Positions 51,130 to 64,000 of a stretch of DNA of 64,000 nt are shown here, piece after piece. Each line of letters starts with the position of its first letter. The stretch's first letter is position 1. The stretch lies in NCBI GenBank assembly GCA_013265495.1, contig MU058221.1:3846001-3910000 (forward strand), read 5' to 3'. A model generated the notes under the pieces. The model was not told the DNA's origin. It saw only the letters and a program-made list of their open reading frames with translations, and did not search any database. The position numbers were made by a program, and so were the translations under genes. The stretch is from Vicugna vicugna. Lineage: Eukaryota.

Positions 51130-51552
51130 TCATCTCTGGCTTCATCTGGTTTCTGTTCAGTGTTAGGCTCTGTCATCTTCATGCTGGTTTCCCTCATGAC
51201 AGGAGGGTGGCTGTTCCAGGAACCATATGCAGAGGTGACAGTATAAGGCAGAAAGAGAGACTCTAGCTCTCCGCGCATATCTCTTGTGTGCTACTGATCT
51301 GTGCAGAAACCTTCCAAATAACCCCCTGGAATACTCATCCTCACATCCTGTTGGTCCAAATTTTATGGTATCTCCATGCCTAAACCAATTACGGGTAAGA
51401 TGAACTTGACCGCTGTGGTAAGTTTAAACCAATCAGAGCCTAACCTGAAGCAGAAAGCATCTCTTGGAAGAGACAATACATGAAGAAAACTAGGATTTTG
51501 TTGAGATGAAGAGTGTGTATGCTTCGTTGACAACAACCAGCATCTACCCACA
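51130..51552 (-). mobile_element. Old MaLR LTR, MLT1J/K/L-like
   Basis: CCTCACATCCTGTTGGTCCAAA...CATGCCTAAACCAATTAC...AAACCAATCAG...CAACCAGCATCTACCCACA terminus. Confidence 0.65.
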
Positions 51553-54500
51553 AGCATTATTTATAATTTGGAATCATTAATTACTCACTTGTATGAAAAC
51601 AGAGGAATTCATAAATATAACTAGAAAGTCTGGTTTAATGCTAACAATCTTATGTTGGCAAAATATTTCACACTTTTCGGTAATTATTGATCTTTTCTGA
51701 AACTCTCAGAACCAGATGACTCCATGGGAGCCATCAGAAAGGGTTAACATTTTGGAAAATCAAGCAAATCTCTAGTTACGCAAACATTATATCATGCATT
51801 ATTCAGAATCAAAATATCCAGTGCCTGCAACTCCTGACAACCGATTTTGCAATATTTAAATGTGCAGAGAATTACACTCTACAGAAATGGCTTAAGTAAG
51901 GTGATTTTGTGTGTTAAGGTGGGTGAACTTTTTACCACTGCTTTAAATTCACTTGGTTTTTATTGTCTTTCCATGGTTAGAAGAAGAAAAGACTATCGTT
52001 TACAACTTTGTGATGAACTGCCTATGGAAATGTGGAATAACTCTTCTCTGTGACATTTTACACTGATACCTTGGCATCCCAGTAGATTAACATTCTAAAA
52101 AATTCTGGTGGGGCTAACCCGTGTTAACAGTTTCTGATACCATTTTTCTGTTTTTGGAATCTCCACAAATGAGGAAAAACTGATTCTCACAATGAAAGGA
52201 AAAGAACATAAGCTTTTTAATAAGATATTACTTCAACAGTTATGAATATTTGATGCTACGTTTATTAACATTGATTCACCAAATGCCTCTATGGACCGTG
52301 AATTCATGCCTGAGGTATAATGTAAACTTTAAGTATTGTTTTCTTTAGGAAAAAGACGTTTAAAAAGTCTTAAAATATCTCATCTATAGTTTATGAAAAT
52401 CGAATAAGCTAAATTTTATTTTCATGACTTCAGAGTAAAATTGAGGGAGACAGGAAAAACCTCAAAGCCATTCTAAATTCTAAAAAGGAATGCTACCTTG
52501 ACTTCAAAATTCCATTTTCTTTTCTAATTCTCAGCCATTCATGCATCATTGCAATCCTGTATAGCACAACTTTCCTGAAGGGCTCTTGGTAACACTGCAC
52601 ACTGAAAACCATTCTGTTTGGGATCAAATCTCCTGAGGACGTGCTTATCAATAGAAAAAAGACTTTGGTTCTTTAATAAAACAGCTCTTTCTTATCTTAG
52701 GAACACAGGATTTTTACAGTGGAACTTAGCTGCTTTCTGGGAAAAGGTTTTAGAATAGTGAACTAAATTCACTTGTGATGTGAGCTGCTCCCTGGCGGTA
52801 GTGAATGGTCTCTCGGATGCCAAACAATTGTTGACAAGTAAGATACTGGTGTGCTTGTCTTAATACACTGAAAACAAAACAACGTAACAGTGAAAAACTC
52901 AACCAAGTAATCACAACAAAAGAAGTGAGATCTGCTTATTGTTACAATAATGTGTGATGCAGTTGATCATAATCTCTTGAACATTACATTAGATTCATCA
53001 GATTGAGCGGGTGTATCTGCAGGTGAGTTAAGATCCACGACGTTCAGATGGATTCACATCGGCATTCACGCTGGTGAAGGCAAGGGAGTTGGTAATATTT
53101 TCCTTTGATGTCTTTTAACCTAATTAGAAACATAAGACAAAGTCTTACGAAGGATACTCTATTTTCATTTTGTCATACAATCACATTGATATAGTTAATC
53201 CCATTTTGTAGAAAAGTAGAAAGCAGCTCTAAGTTTAGAGAGATTGAGCAAGTAAAGAAATAAAATGGGGGAACATTTGCAAAACTGGCAGGGAGAATCT
53301 GCATGCCGGATGTAACCTGGCTGTTGATGCCACCCTGGGAACACTCCGTGCTCAGCACCACGACCTACAAGGAGAAAGATGGGGAGAGGACACCACAAAC
53401 GAAGGAGATGCTGTCTTCCTCATTTTGCTCAATATGTGGATTTTTTTTTGTAATACCGCTGACCAGAGTGAGCAGCCTCTCCAGCCCCCTGGATGTGGAG
53501 CATCCCAGCCTCAGGAGGGTTCTGATGGTCCCTGTGAAGAGATTCTAGAAGAAGGATCTGAAGCTAAACTGGAGCTTTTGTCACTGAACTCAGCAATGTC
53601 AGGCCAAGAGAGAGAAAACAAAACACCAAAGTTAGAAGGCAAAACCATCAGTATGAATTAGAGGAGGCAATACACCGGTCCTAAAATCAGCTCTTTCTCC
53701 AAGGATCTCTGATGAAGTCTGTTGGAGCATACTAGAAACAAGATCTCAGTTCTATACCGATTCCGCTAACTTCACTTCAGTTAATATTTTTATGGTATAT
53801 ATTTACATACATTAACTGAAAATATGCCACTCATAATATTTTAGGTGCATCTCCTTTTAACATCAAATCAGATTCACAAACTTTGATTAGCTTAAATTTG
53901 CTGTTCTGTAAATCTGAATTTAATTTACTGGGATTACTAATAAGTATTATTTTAAAAATTCTGTTTTGTGTCTCATAATTAGCGAGTTTGTCCTTGTTTC
54001 TGCTTCCATTCTCTTTGGCTGATTTCTGTTGGATTTACTTTGTTGTCTCTAAGGCATTCCTCTTTTCTCTGATTTGTAAATTAGATATGCTGTCTATTTT
54101 ATTTATTTGTTTTTTGGTTTGGTAACCCTTAAAATATATACATGTGATATAAAAATGCCCCATTTAAAATAGAATCTTCTACCCCTTAGATTTGTATTAC
54201 AGTCTCATCTTTTTTTTTCACTGCCTCTCCTATTTAACTTTTTAATTAATGTTTACTCACATTTAAATTTACATTTACCAATTTCTACATTCACTCTTAG
54301 TTTTGTCATCCCATTATTCTGTTCTAGACTCATTTCCCTGCTTACTGCATCCCCTGCGATCCTTCTTTTGACACTGGTCCATGGATAGTCGTTTGAACCA
54401 TTATTAACTTACTCCGGCTACTGAAGCTTTTCTCTGTGCTTAATGGTCCTGGGGACGCCTGGCTTAGCTGACCCATGTGCTTTAGTCTCTGTCATGCCCC

Positions 54501-55950
54501 ATAACTTCTTAGGGTAAAATACATCAGCGTGGTGGGTCTAGGTATTTTCCATAATAATCTTTGCTGCAAGCCATTTAACCACACAACTAATTGGCGGTAA
54601 GGGAATTTTACCTTAAAAGATAAAATAACTGATTGACAGTTCGGTTTGACAGCCAGCTGGCAATTTGATTTCATTTCTCCATTGGCACCATAGACTTATT
54701 TTTACATTATATAAACCTTAAGCCTCATATTAGTCTATTCAGTGACAAGCAGATATGATGTTCTTAAAATAGTGGAGATAACTATTTATACTGACTTGAT
54801 AGAAAATACTGTGACAAGGAAACTTACTGGAACTGTGATGTAAGAGAGTATAAAGCCAAGTTGCATACTTATTTTTTTTTAATTTTTGTTGTTTTATCTT
54901 TTATGGCAAAATTGTCTTACAGCCTACTAGTGGTGTGGTGAAACTGCTTGCGGCAAACAAGTTTGTGGCCAAAACACTGGCCATACAACTTGACACAGTA
55001 AAGCTGTGCTTTCTATGGACATCAACACAGCTCTTCCCAATGAATGCTAAGCAAGTGATGCAGATTTAACGTGTTAAAATCTATTTGTGATGTCATGAAA
55101 AAAGTAAAATGATTTTTCACTTTAGCGCACATCTTTATGAACAGATTTTTTAAGGGTTGTTTTTTGTACACTTACATTTGTCTGTGCTTGGTATAGATGA
55201 TGATGGCGTCAGAAAAATACCTTGAATGTGAAGTTTCATTCCCTATAAGGTGTTCAGGGGCAGCTCCAGTTTCTCCATCTCTGTCCTGGGAGGAACAACT
55301 TGGGTGCACAGAGATTAAGGACATCCTATTTTGTCGAAACATATTGGTCACTAATGCCATGTTAAGAAATTCTTTTTACTACCAAAACTTTCATATATTG
55401 ACTGGAACTTTTAAGTGCATAACAACATGGATAGAAAAAATGAAGTTTAAAAGTTCTGTCAATGTGCTTATCACAAAATAGCAATTTCAGAGTTTTATAT
55501 CTTAGCTATAAAATTTATAGTTAGATCAATCTTTGCCCCAGGGCCCAGTTCAAGGGTGAACTTAATTTTCTGGGGCATATTTTAAGCAAAAATTTTAAGT
55601 TATGGTAACACTTGGGATATACATTTTCCAGTTCGCAGTGTTTAGATTAGTAACAGAGGCATTATAACCATTCCATTTTAGAAAATCAAGGACTGTATTT
55701 CTGCCACTTTTTGATAAAATTCTTTTACAGGTAATAGCACTTTTGCTCCTCCTGCAGATTACAGATGAAAGTCCTCAGACTGTTGATCAATATTTGTATT
55801 CAGATAACTTCTTATCACTTTGCAGAAATTATCCAAAGAAGTTGAACGAAGGCAGCAGTCAGGAGAAAAAAAGAAGAGAAAATACATAATTTATTTAGCT
55901 TTCTTACTGAGCATAAACTCACTGAATATTAGGATTAAAAGTGACTTCAA

Positions 55951-56079
55951 GGGGGAGGGTATAGCTCAAGCAGTAGAGCGCATGCTTAGTGTAGCATACA
56001 CAAGGTCGTAGGTTCAATCCCCAGTACCTCCTCTAAAAGTGAATTAAATATGTAAACCTGACTACCTCCTCCCCTAAAA
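55951..56079 (+). mobile_element. tRNA-derived SINE, camelid Vic-1-like
   Basis: GGGGGAGGGTATAGCTCAAGCAGTAGAGCG (A box) ... GGTTCAATCCC (B box), A tail; TSD AAAAGTGACT at 55937-55946 and 56080-56089. Confidence 0.92.
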
Positions 56080-56476
56080 AAAAGTGACTCAGAGACATTT
56101 CTGCTCAATTCCATAATTTTTAGGTGAGCAATCTGAAATGCCAATAAGTCTAGCAATATCCTGTGGCAGAGGAACCAGTTGGTAGGGGATCATTTCCAAT
56201 TCCTCACTCCCTGTTTTCAGTCTGTGCTGTCTTCCGGCGTCCAGATACTGCGTTCTTCCTTCTATTCATTTGCATGCTCCCGATTACCAGTCATTCTGAG
56301 ATGCTGAGAATATTTCCCAGTTCTCATTTTCGGTTCACACGCGTCCTGATAATATCTGTCCATAGAAAGCTGGTTTTTCCGTTGGGCTCTTTTACTGTTA
56401 CTAAATTTGAAATGTAGTTTTAAAATGTGATCTAAAAGTCCAACTTAGGGTTTTTTTTATTATTATTATTAAAAAT

Positions 56477-57150
56477 CCGTTGTCTCTGAGGGTGCCTAAT
56501 GGGTATGGATGGGGGGAGGACCACGTGAGAGGGACTCCAGTGCCTTCCTCGGGTGCCTGCTGGGACTGCTGGGGGCAGGGGCCGTTTTGGAGAGACTCCA
56601 GGGTCAGCTGAGCGCACCTGCCGAATCGAGCGGGGTGTATGGTCCCTCGGTGCCAGTCGAAATGGTGGACGGCTGCTCTGGAGGGATGTGGTGCTGCCCA
56701 AGGGAGTTCGCTGCAATTGGTCGGGCGAGTGGGGCCACCTTGGAGGGGCTTTGTTGCAGGCCAGGGGCAGCCACCAGGTTCGCCCAGGTGCAGGGTCACT
56801 TTGGAGGGACCCCAGGTCTGGAGGCGCGCGGGCTGTGCCGGGCGGCCGGGTGATCGCGGGCCGGGGCGCGGTGCTGATCGGCCGGATGCGGGGAGTCACT
56901 GACGGCGCCAAACACAACAGCGCCACACGCCAGCCCCTCCGTGCCCTTCCAGCCCTAGCTCTAAAGTTGGCCCATAAATCTATTCCACGTATAACCCAGT
57001 AGGGTGCTTTGTAGACTGCTGCCTCTGTCCTGGGACTCAGAACAAGCGAGTGTTCGTATGCGTGCACCTTGTAAGAGTGGAGTCTTGGTTTCCTACAGCC
57101 CTCAGGCTCGCCACTCCTTTAGTTTTGCTTTTGTAGCCCTTGCCTGAGGA
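56477..57150 (-). mobile_element. GC/CpG-rich LINE-1 5'-region fragment (antisense)
   Basis: GCGTGCACCTTGTAAGAGTGGAGTCTTGGTTTCCTACAGCCCTC resembles antisense L1M-type 5' UTR; it abuts antisense ORF2 pieces. Confidence 0.6.
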
Positions 57151-57164
57151 CATAGAGCCCCCCA

Positions 57165-57620
57165 AATATTGCTATGACCACTGTCAAGTACTGCCTATGT
57201 TTTCTTTTAGCAGTTTTATGATTTCAGATCTTATAATTAGCTCTTTCATCTATTTTGAGGGCTTTTTTTTTAATATATAGTGAAAGAAAGTACTCCAGTT
57301 TGATACTTTTATATGAAGCTGTCCATTTTTCCCAACATCGTTTATTGAAGACACTGTATTTTTCCCCGTGATATCTTCTTGCCTCCTTTGTCACAGGTTA
57401 ATTGACCATATAAATGTGGGTTTGATTCCGGGCTCTCTGTTCTGTTCCATTGATCTATGTGCTTGTTTTTCTCTCAGACATCATGCTGTTTTGATTAATG
57501 TTGTATAGCTTTGCAGTATAGTTTGAAATAAGGGAACATAATACCTCTAGCTTTGTTCTTCTTTCTCATGTGTGCTCTGACTGTTCAGGTTCTTTTGTGA
57601 TTCCCTACAAATTTTAGATT
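57165..57620 (-). mobile_element. LINE-1 ORF2 fragment
   Basis: CTGCCTATGTTTTCTT...GCTGTCCATTTTTCCCAACATCGTTTATTGAAGA...CTCTGTTCTGTTCCATTGATCTATG. Confidence 0.88.
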
Positions 57621-57639
57621 ACAAAATTTCTACATTAAT

Positions 57640-57930
57640 GCCATTCTAGTCTGAGGATGTATTTTAATTTATTTCTATTTTAAAATACCCTGTTAAAGTG
57701 TTTTTTTTTTATGGACTATGATGTTATAATTTTGGTAAATGTTTTAGGTGAGCTTGGGGAGAATGTGTATTAAGCTGGTTTGGGATGGAGAAATCTATAA
57801 ATGTCAAATAGAACAAAGTGATTGATAATGTTACTCAGTTCAACTACATCCTTGCTGGTTTTCTATCTTTTTAATCTATCTATTACTGAAAGCAGAGTGT
57901 TGAGTTCCCCTACATAATAATGGATTTGCC
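57640..57930 (-). mobile_element. Older LINE-1 ORF2 (endonuclease region) fragment
   Basis: GAGCTTGGGGAGAATGTGTATT...CTATAAATGTCAA...CTATCTATTACTGAAAGCAGAGTGTTGAGTTC. Confidence 0.7.
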
Positions 57931-58836
57931 AATCACCAGATTATTTTACAGTTTTATCTTGTAAGACTCTATTTTGAGATCCTATTTGTGTCTATGATGG
58001 AATAATGGCTAATAGTTCCCTTTTAACCAATACTGGAACCAAATTTCCCAGCCTTAAATTTTTCGAAACATGATTTCTTGCCTACCTAATTATTTTTAAA
58101 TCTTTTTTTGAAAAGCAATAGGCCATGTATGTGAATGAAAAAGATTGAAAACTATAGCATTATAAATCTACCTGTCTATCCATCTGTGAAATCTAATGTT
58201 GGACTCTTTATTCTGTTTCATTGATTTGTCTGTATATTATAGCATTACCTTACTGGCTAAATTAAAATTTCAATTGATTCTTAGTCTATCTTTCCCTTTT
58301 TTCCCAAAATAATTTTATGTGTTTTTTTAAGCTCATCCTCACTCAACTATACAATTAAAGATACAGTTACTGTTAGCAAATATAGATCAACACAGAGTTA
58401 GAATGAAAATAATGATGCCTATGTGCTATTTAAAAAGAAGCTTCATGCTACAAATTTATCGAACAGAATCATTACATCTATGTTTTTACCAGGATTAATC
58501 CAAATTCATGTTTCTTTTTAGTGCTTTTTACAAACATACTGTTTTTGTCGTTTTTATTTTATTATTGTACAACCTAGAAGAAAACAGACAGAGCTGTGTT
58601 GCCCAGTTGCTAAATTCTTGGTGGTAGGTAAACGCTCAATGTGACAATTATCTTAAGTCATTTGTTTCTTTTTTTAGCCAACATTGTTTATTTTGCATCC
58701 TAAACATAATAATAATGTGTCATATGTAGTTATTTATAGTATGCAAATGTTTTTCCTTTCATTCTACAATGCCACGATGTGTTATGTATGAATATTTTAA
58801 ATATTATTTTCATTCCCATTTTTTTACACATTCTTA

Positions 58837-59252
58837 TTTTTTTTAATTTAAGTATAGTCGGTTACAAGGTGTCAATTTCTGGTGTGCAGCATAATGTTTC
58901 AGTCATACATATACATACATATAGTTGTTTTCATATTCTTTTTCATTAAAGATTATTACAAGTTATTGAATATAGTTCCCTGTGCTATATAGAAGAAATT
59001 TATTTTTTTATCTATTTTATATATATAGCAGTTAGTATTTGCACATCTGAAACTCCCAATTTATCCTTTCCCACCCTCTTTCCCCCTAGTAACCGCCAGT
59101 TTGTTTACTATGTCTGTGGGTCTGGTCCTGTCTTGTAGATGAGTTCATTAGTGTCTTCTTTTTTCTTTTTCTTTCTCTTTTTCTTTTCCTGTTTTTTTTT
59201 TTTCTGATTCCACATATGAATGATATCATGTGGTGTTTTTCTTTCTCTTTCT
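58837..59252 (-). mobile_element. LINE-1 3' end (camelid/artiodactyl type)
   Basis: Poly-T, AAGTATAGTCGGTTACAAGGTGTCAATTTCTGGTGT...TATAGTTCCCTGTGCTATA...GATTCCACATATGAATGATATC. Confidence 0.92.
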
Positions 59253-61699
59253 TTTCTAAGCATTCCTTTTCCCATCCTCAAACAACTACACCATTAAATA
59301 TGATTCAACTCAAGCTAAGTCTACTAACCAAAAAAAAAAAAGAAAAAAATTACCAAGTGCCTTTGGAGATTGAAGAATGAAGTACTGAGAACAGCGCAGG
59401 GCCTCCCTTCTCCCTCCTCTGCTCTTCTATTAACTGCCTCACACCTTCTCTATTGAAGTGTATCTTCACTGGAATTCAAAATTCCTACCAGACTTTTACA
59501 CTATTTTTAATGGGAATAACAGGTTTTTTTAATGAGTAAAAGGTCATCCCATGCCTCTTTTTATTTTATAGTTACGGTGTCCACAAGCATTCAAAATACA
59601 CTGTACAACTCGTATCACCGCATCCTTCCACCACTGCTTGCCACCTTGCACGTCTGTACTGTTACCCCTTTGCTGATTCCGCTTACTATTAGCCGTTTCC
59701 TTGCATTTTTGTCTTGTTTTATAGACCAACATACTTTTATTACGTGTTACCCTTTTTCCGTACTATAATCTCCTTCTCACCAGGTTTTTTCAATCGGAAT
59801 TGTCATGATAAAATATTATGACATTCAAGCCTCAAAATAAGAGAATGTGTAGTTAATACATTTTAAATTTTTCTGTCACTAGTTTCAAATATGTATTTAA
59901 TATTATCGTCTAAAATATAATACTAATATGACAAAGTATACTAAAAATAAGGCCAGCAATATGCCAGACAAGTCACATTTTATTCTTTTACATTTTATTG
60001 ATTCCTGATCTGAAACAGAAAAGGGCATCTTGTTGGACGGACAGAAGACCTTCTTCAATCCTGAACAGGGTAGTTAAAAAAAAAAAAGCAACTATTCTTG
60101 TGGTCTCAATTTTCTCCTCCTTCAACAGCAGGTAACAGGCTTCAGATTAGTAGCTGTGACGGTCTATCGTTTCAGAATTACCTCTATAGCGAAGGCTATT
60201 AATATACAGCGCTTGTGTTAATATGAAAATTGTTAATTTCTGTCAAGAGAGCTATACTGAGAAAAATTCTGGGGAAACATTAGACCCCATTGGGTCAAGT
60301 TCCCTGTTTTCCTTAGAATACCTTCTATGCTATGTACAGCCCTTTACTGCTAAGGAACAATGGCTGTACCTTAAGATCTCATATTCTCTCTGGCAATCAC
60401 CATTTCTTTTTCCCACCCTCCCCGCCTGCACACTTTTCTCTGACCTTGGGGTGCCTTCCCTTCCCATCTTTTCTTTTCTCTTCTTCTTTTTTTTCTTTTT
60501 CAAGCTGGGCGTTCAATGAGGAAAGCTTACCTTAAATGTCACCAAATGACCAACCCACATAATTTAGGGATAGAGCAACTGAGCAGAGAAGGGACAGGGG
60601 CTGTATCATAGTGTTTTAAGGCTACCTGCTTTCCTTCTGACCCATCTAGGTTCCATGTGATTACATACTGTCAGCTCCCTAAGATCTCTGATCATTCGTT
60701 TTCTCAACTGGAGGGTGAAGTTAATAAAAAAAATTGATCTCACTGTTTCTGCAGGGAATGTACAGAAAATGCATATGTGTGATCAAGACGGTGCCATGTG
60801 GAAAGTCACAGGCAATAGTATTGGCGGTTACCATAGTAGTGACAATTGCAGTGGCTTTTTTCGTCCCCTTTGGTCTCTTCTACTGCTGATCTTCAGCTAG
60901 AATGGGGGTAACTGATCCTGAGCTGCAGGTCTCGTTATAAAGACATCTTACAGGAGAGTTTCTCGGGGAGAAAGATGCTCCTCGTGTCTCTGCTACTACA
61001 ATGTACAAATCTCTCCTCTGATGACCACAAACCTTTATGTGGAATGAGCATATTCAACTGTGACAATTCGTATTTTGTTCTTACCTTCAGGTAAATAGAT
61101 ATTGGTATGAAAAATTGAAGGACTTTCCTCTTTGTGCTCAAAAAAATAATAAAAGGGGGAAATTATTAGTAGTTTTCACTTTTTAATGGGTAGAATTGGT
61201 ATTTTTAGCCATGCTCTGCTGAGGTTGGAAAATTACGGCCCCATGGCCGATGCCAGAGAGATAATAACAAGATAGTGTCTGTTTTTCAGCCATTGAGAAA
61301 AAATCAATAGTGTTTTACTGAAGCTTCAGTGAGAAAACAACTTGTCATGCCAGCAGCTAAGTAGTATGTGTCAACAGAAAGGAACCACCGCTCAGTGCCA
61401 GCAGCCCAGGATGACAATTGTCAGCACGACTGCTTATTGCTCGTGGTTCTAGGTCGCTGATATGCAGAGTAAACTCTGATTAAAAGAGTAACATGCAATA
61501 GTGAGAAAGCAATGTTTTCTGCTTTTTACCATCTCCCCATCTTCACTGATTTCAAACTGCATCTCCCCATCACCACTGCCTTTTTTGTTTTGTTTTGCTC
61601 CAGCGTCATGCTGGAATCTCCTTTCAAGGAGGCTGGACTTCTTCAAATTCTCTCTTGTTTGTAGGTATCTGCATAGGTCAGCACACCCTGGGTTTTTCC

Positions 61700-61947
61700 T
61701 GATCGCAGTGAGAGGGGTTGGGACAGGTCTGCTGCCTCTGCTGGCTCCTTAGCCCATCCTGAGGTCTGTCTGCCTATTACTGAATGCACACTTGGGGAAG
61801 TCGGCCTGTGGGTCCCTTGTCGTATAGTACTGGATCACACAAGTCCTGCAAAGGCACTTTTGTCCACGGGGAAAATGTCTAATTGGCTGTTTAAAAAGGG
61901 GGGAAAAAGGAAAAACATCTTATGCCACCATGATGTTGACATCACTG
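61700..61947 (-). mobile_element. L1/HAL1-type 5' end fragment
   Basis: Reverse complement begins AGTGATGTCAACATCATGGTGGCATAAG...CCGTGGACAAAAGTGCCTTTGCAGG, like laurasiatherian L1/HAL1 5' ends. Confidence 0.6.
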
Positions 61948-61954
61948 CCCACCT

Positions 61955-62085
61955 TTCTTTTTCTTGCTGAGTAAGGCTTTCTTGTATGGATGTACCACAT
62001 TGTGTTTACCCCTTCCTCATTTGCTGGACACTCAGATTGTTTTTACTTGGGGGCTTTTATGAATAATGCTGCTATAAACATGTAG
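61955..62085 (-). mobile_element. Old L1M 3' fragment
   Basis: TTGCTGAGTA...GTATGGATGTACCACATTGTGTTTA...TATGAATAATGCTGCTATAAACAT. Confidence 0.75.
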
Positions 62086-62534
62086 TTAATATTTGAATAG
62101 AAACCCTATAAGTTGTTTTATAGGTAGAAAGACAGAACCATGAATAAATAGCTCTAAATTTTATTCTAACATGGCCCATTTTATTAACTACTTCTTGTCT
62201 TATTTTTCTTTTCATTCATCAAAATCTGTTCAGGCTACACACTCCAGTTAATTTTCATCGTGTTATTTCAGCCAGGTGGCATTGCGTGGGTGCAACCCCA
62301 CATTCCTTTTAAATCCTCTTTAATCATCTCAATTAAAAATGTTTAATTATTTCTTCCTTCATTACCTTGTGAAACTTCTTTGTCTCTCCTTGGCCCTTGT
62401 TATATGCTGCTTGAGAATGCAGGTACCCACCCACCCAGTTCCATGTCGTGTAGGTAAGCATGGCGGGGTCTCTTGTTTTAGCTGAAGGGGAGAAAATGAG
62501 CCTTTGACACAACAGCAAAGGAAGCAGAAGAGGC

Positions 62535-62775
62535 TGATGCTTACGGAGCCCTTAAGTGTGCCCGGCATGGTGGTAAGCCCTTTACACGTAGCATCGTATT
62601 GAATCTTGGCAGCAACCTGATGAAGCAGGCTGTCACACTCTCTACCTCTTTTATGCTTGAGAAAGCTCCCGAGCAGAGAGGGGAAGTTACTTCTCCAACA
62701 CAGCGGAAGTGACAGGAGGTGGAGCCAGGGCTCCGAGATAGGCTGTTTGAACTAAGAACCTCTCAGTTAACCACC
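62535..62775 (-). mobile_element. MIR SINE
   Basis: TGTGCCCGGCATGGTGGTAAGCCCTTTACAC...AAGTTACTTCTCCAA...GTGGAGCCAGGG. Confidence 0.7.
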
Positions 62776-63839
62776 GTCCTCCCGGGCTCCCAAGGACAAC
62801 ATCCCAAACACATAAAAAAATACAAAAATGCAAAATGCTATGTGGTAACAACAACGCTAAGTACACAACAGAGCAAACAGCACACCCGAATATATGGCAT
62901 AAATCCAAACTATAATATCAACGTTGGTGTCCAGAGTTGTTCAAATCATTAAAAAGACTCTCCAGTTTTTTAAAAATCAGTTTTCTTAGGGACGATCAGG
63001 AGGGGATGCTTAATACATGTTCCGTATTGAAGCTCTGTCAAAGACCTCGCTGTTGCATTTTTATTTGTGCAAGCTCATTTAAATCAAAAGCCTGCATTGC
63101 ATAAATGTTAGTCTTCCATTTGAGAAATCATTGAAAGCACAAAAGTGAGGCCATAAAAATTAGAAGCAAAATATTTGCATAGTGAGCATCGGAATGAGGC
63201 TCAATTTCAAGTATCTCTACCTCCAAAGATATAAAAGATCGCACCCTTTTTGACCCTGCTTATCAAAAGATGCTGCTCAGTAGCTTTCTGCTATCCCAGT
63301 TCATCGACGTACGTCTATTACTGGCTCGACAGAGAAGCGAGAAGGTGGAGTAGAGAAGCGGATGGGTTAGAAAAGTTAAAATGGGAGCTATTTTAAAACT
63401 ATGCAGATATTACATTTAGATAATGTATATTTTATAAATACTTGCATAATATATACTTGCGTGTGTGTGTATATACTTTATATATATGTTATTTACATAA
63501 ACATCATATACATTTTATATATATGTTATTTAACAATATAGAATTTAAAAGAAAATTTAAATAAGTTAGAAACTATAACTACCTTCTAAATGTCAAGAAT
63601 CTTGGAATAAACAGGTGAAACATGCCTTTAAGTAAACAGCTGAATGTGGCCTTTTGCCACAACACCCAGACATTCATTTTGATCTTTGAGGTTGAAGCCA
63701 AAATGTCACTTCATAAGCTCGTGACTGTTAAGGGAAGTCCTTTTATTGACTGCCCCGGGTTGAACTGAGCTGTCATTTCTCTGTGCTTCTACTGACCTCA
63801 TATTCTCCTAATTACATAATATCTATCCAAATGAATTTT

Positions 63840-63940
63840 GTCTCCCTGCTAAGTGTGAAACCACTCAGGGTAAGAAAGGGGCCTCATTAATCCCTCTATA
63901 TTCTATGCACGTGAGTAAGGTGCTCAACAATGTATGATAA
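63840..63940 (+). mobile_element. LINE-2 3' end fragment
   Basis: GTCTCCCTGCTAAGTGTGAAACC...AGTAAGGTGCTCAACAATG. Confidence 0.5.
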
Positions 63941-64000
63941 AGTATATTCAAGGATATATACATCACAATATTTCCACACCTTATGTAAGATTACAGCGTT

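Noticed and set aside
53352..53368. REST/RE1-like TCAGCACCACG
   Set aside because: Only the left half-site is present; the GGACAG half is missing.
55951..56030. Possible tRNA gene
   Set aside because: It has A and B boxes but also a SINE body, A tail and TSD, and the cloverleaf is disrupted.
56432..57067. 211-aa ORF and overlapping ORFs; apparent CpG-island promoter
   Set aside because: Better explained as GC-rich L1 5'-region sequence; the translations are low-information P/R/A/G-rich.
1..64000. Prokaryote-style systems (CRISPR arrays, operons, IS elements)
   Set aside because: There are no regularly spaced repeat-spacer arrays or long ORFs; the sequence is mammalian.

Overview
This is non-coding mammalian genomic DNA, most likely from a camelid (alpaca, camel or relative). 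The basis is a tRNA-derived SINE at 55951-56079 resembling camelid Vic-1, plus young L1 3' ends of camelid type. I found no protein-coding gene or credible coding exon. The ORF-track entries are L1 ORF2 remnants, microsatellite translations or chance ORFs in GC-rich L1 5' UTRs. The window is AT-rich unique sequence interspersed with L1 fragments of several ages, seven ERV/MaLR solo LTRs, MIR/L2 relics, hAT-type elements (MER45, MER3, MER94), long purine/pyrimidine microsatellites and one assembly gap. The most notable structures are: a perfect 36-bp inverted repeat with a 363-bp spacer (50304-50738); a scrambled L1 with an internal inversion and nested insertions (40293-43276); an orphan CpG-rich L1 5' UTR followed by plausible splice sites (18343-19663); a twin-primed L1 (34151-34755); a minus-strand bias of the LTRs; and several motif-dense candidate enhancers. 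Repeat family names come from my recollection of consensus sequences and need RepeatMasker/Dfam confirmation; boundaries of old repeats are approximate. I see no convincing evidence of a new biological system here.
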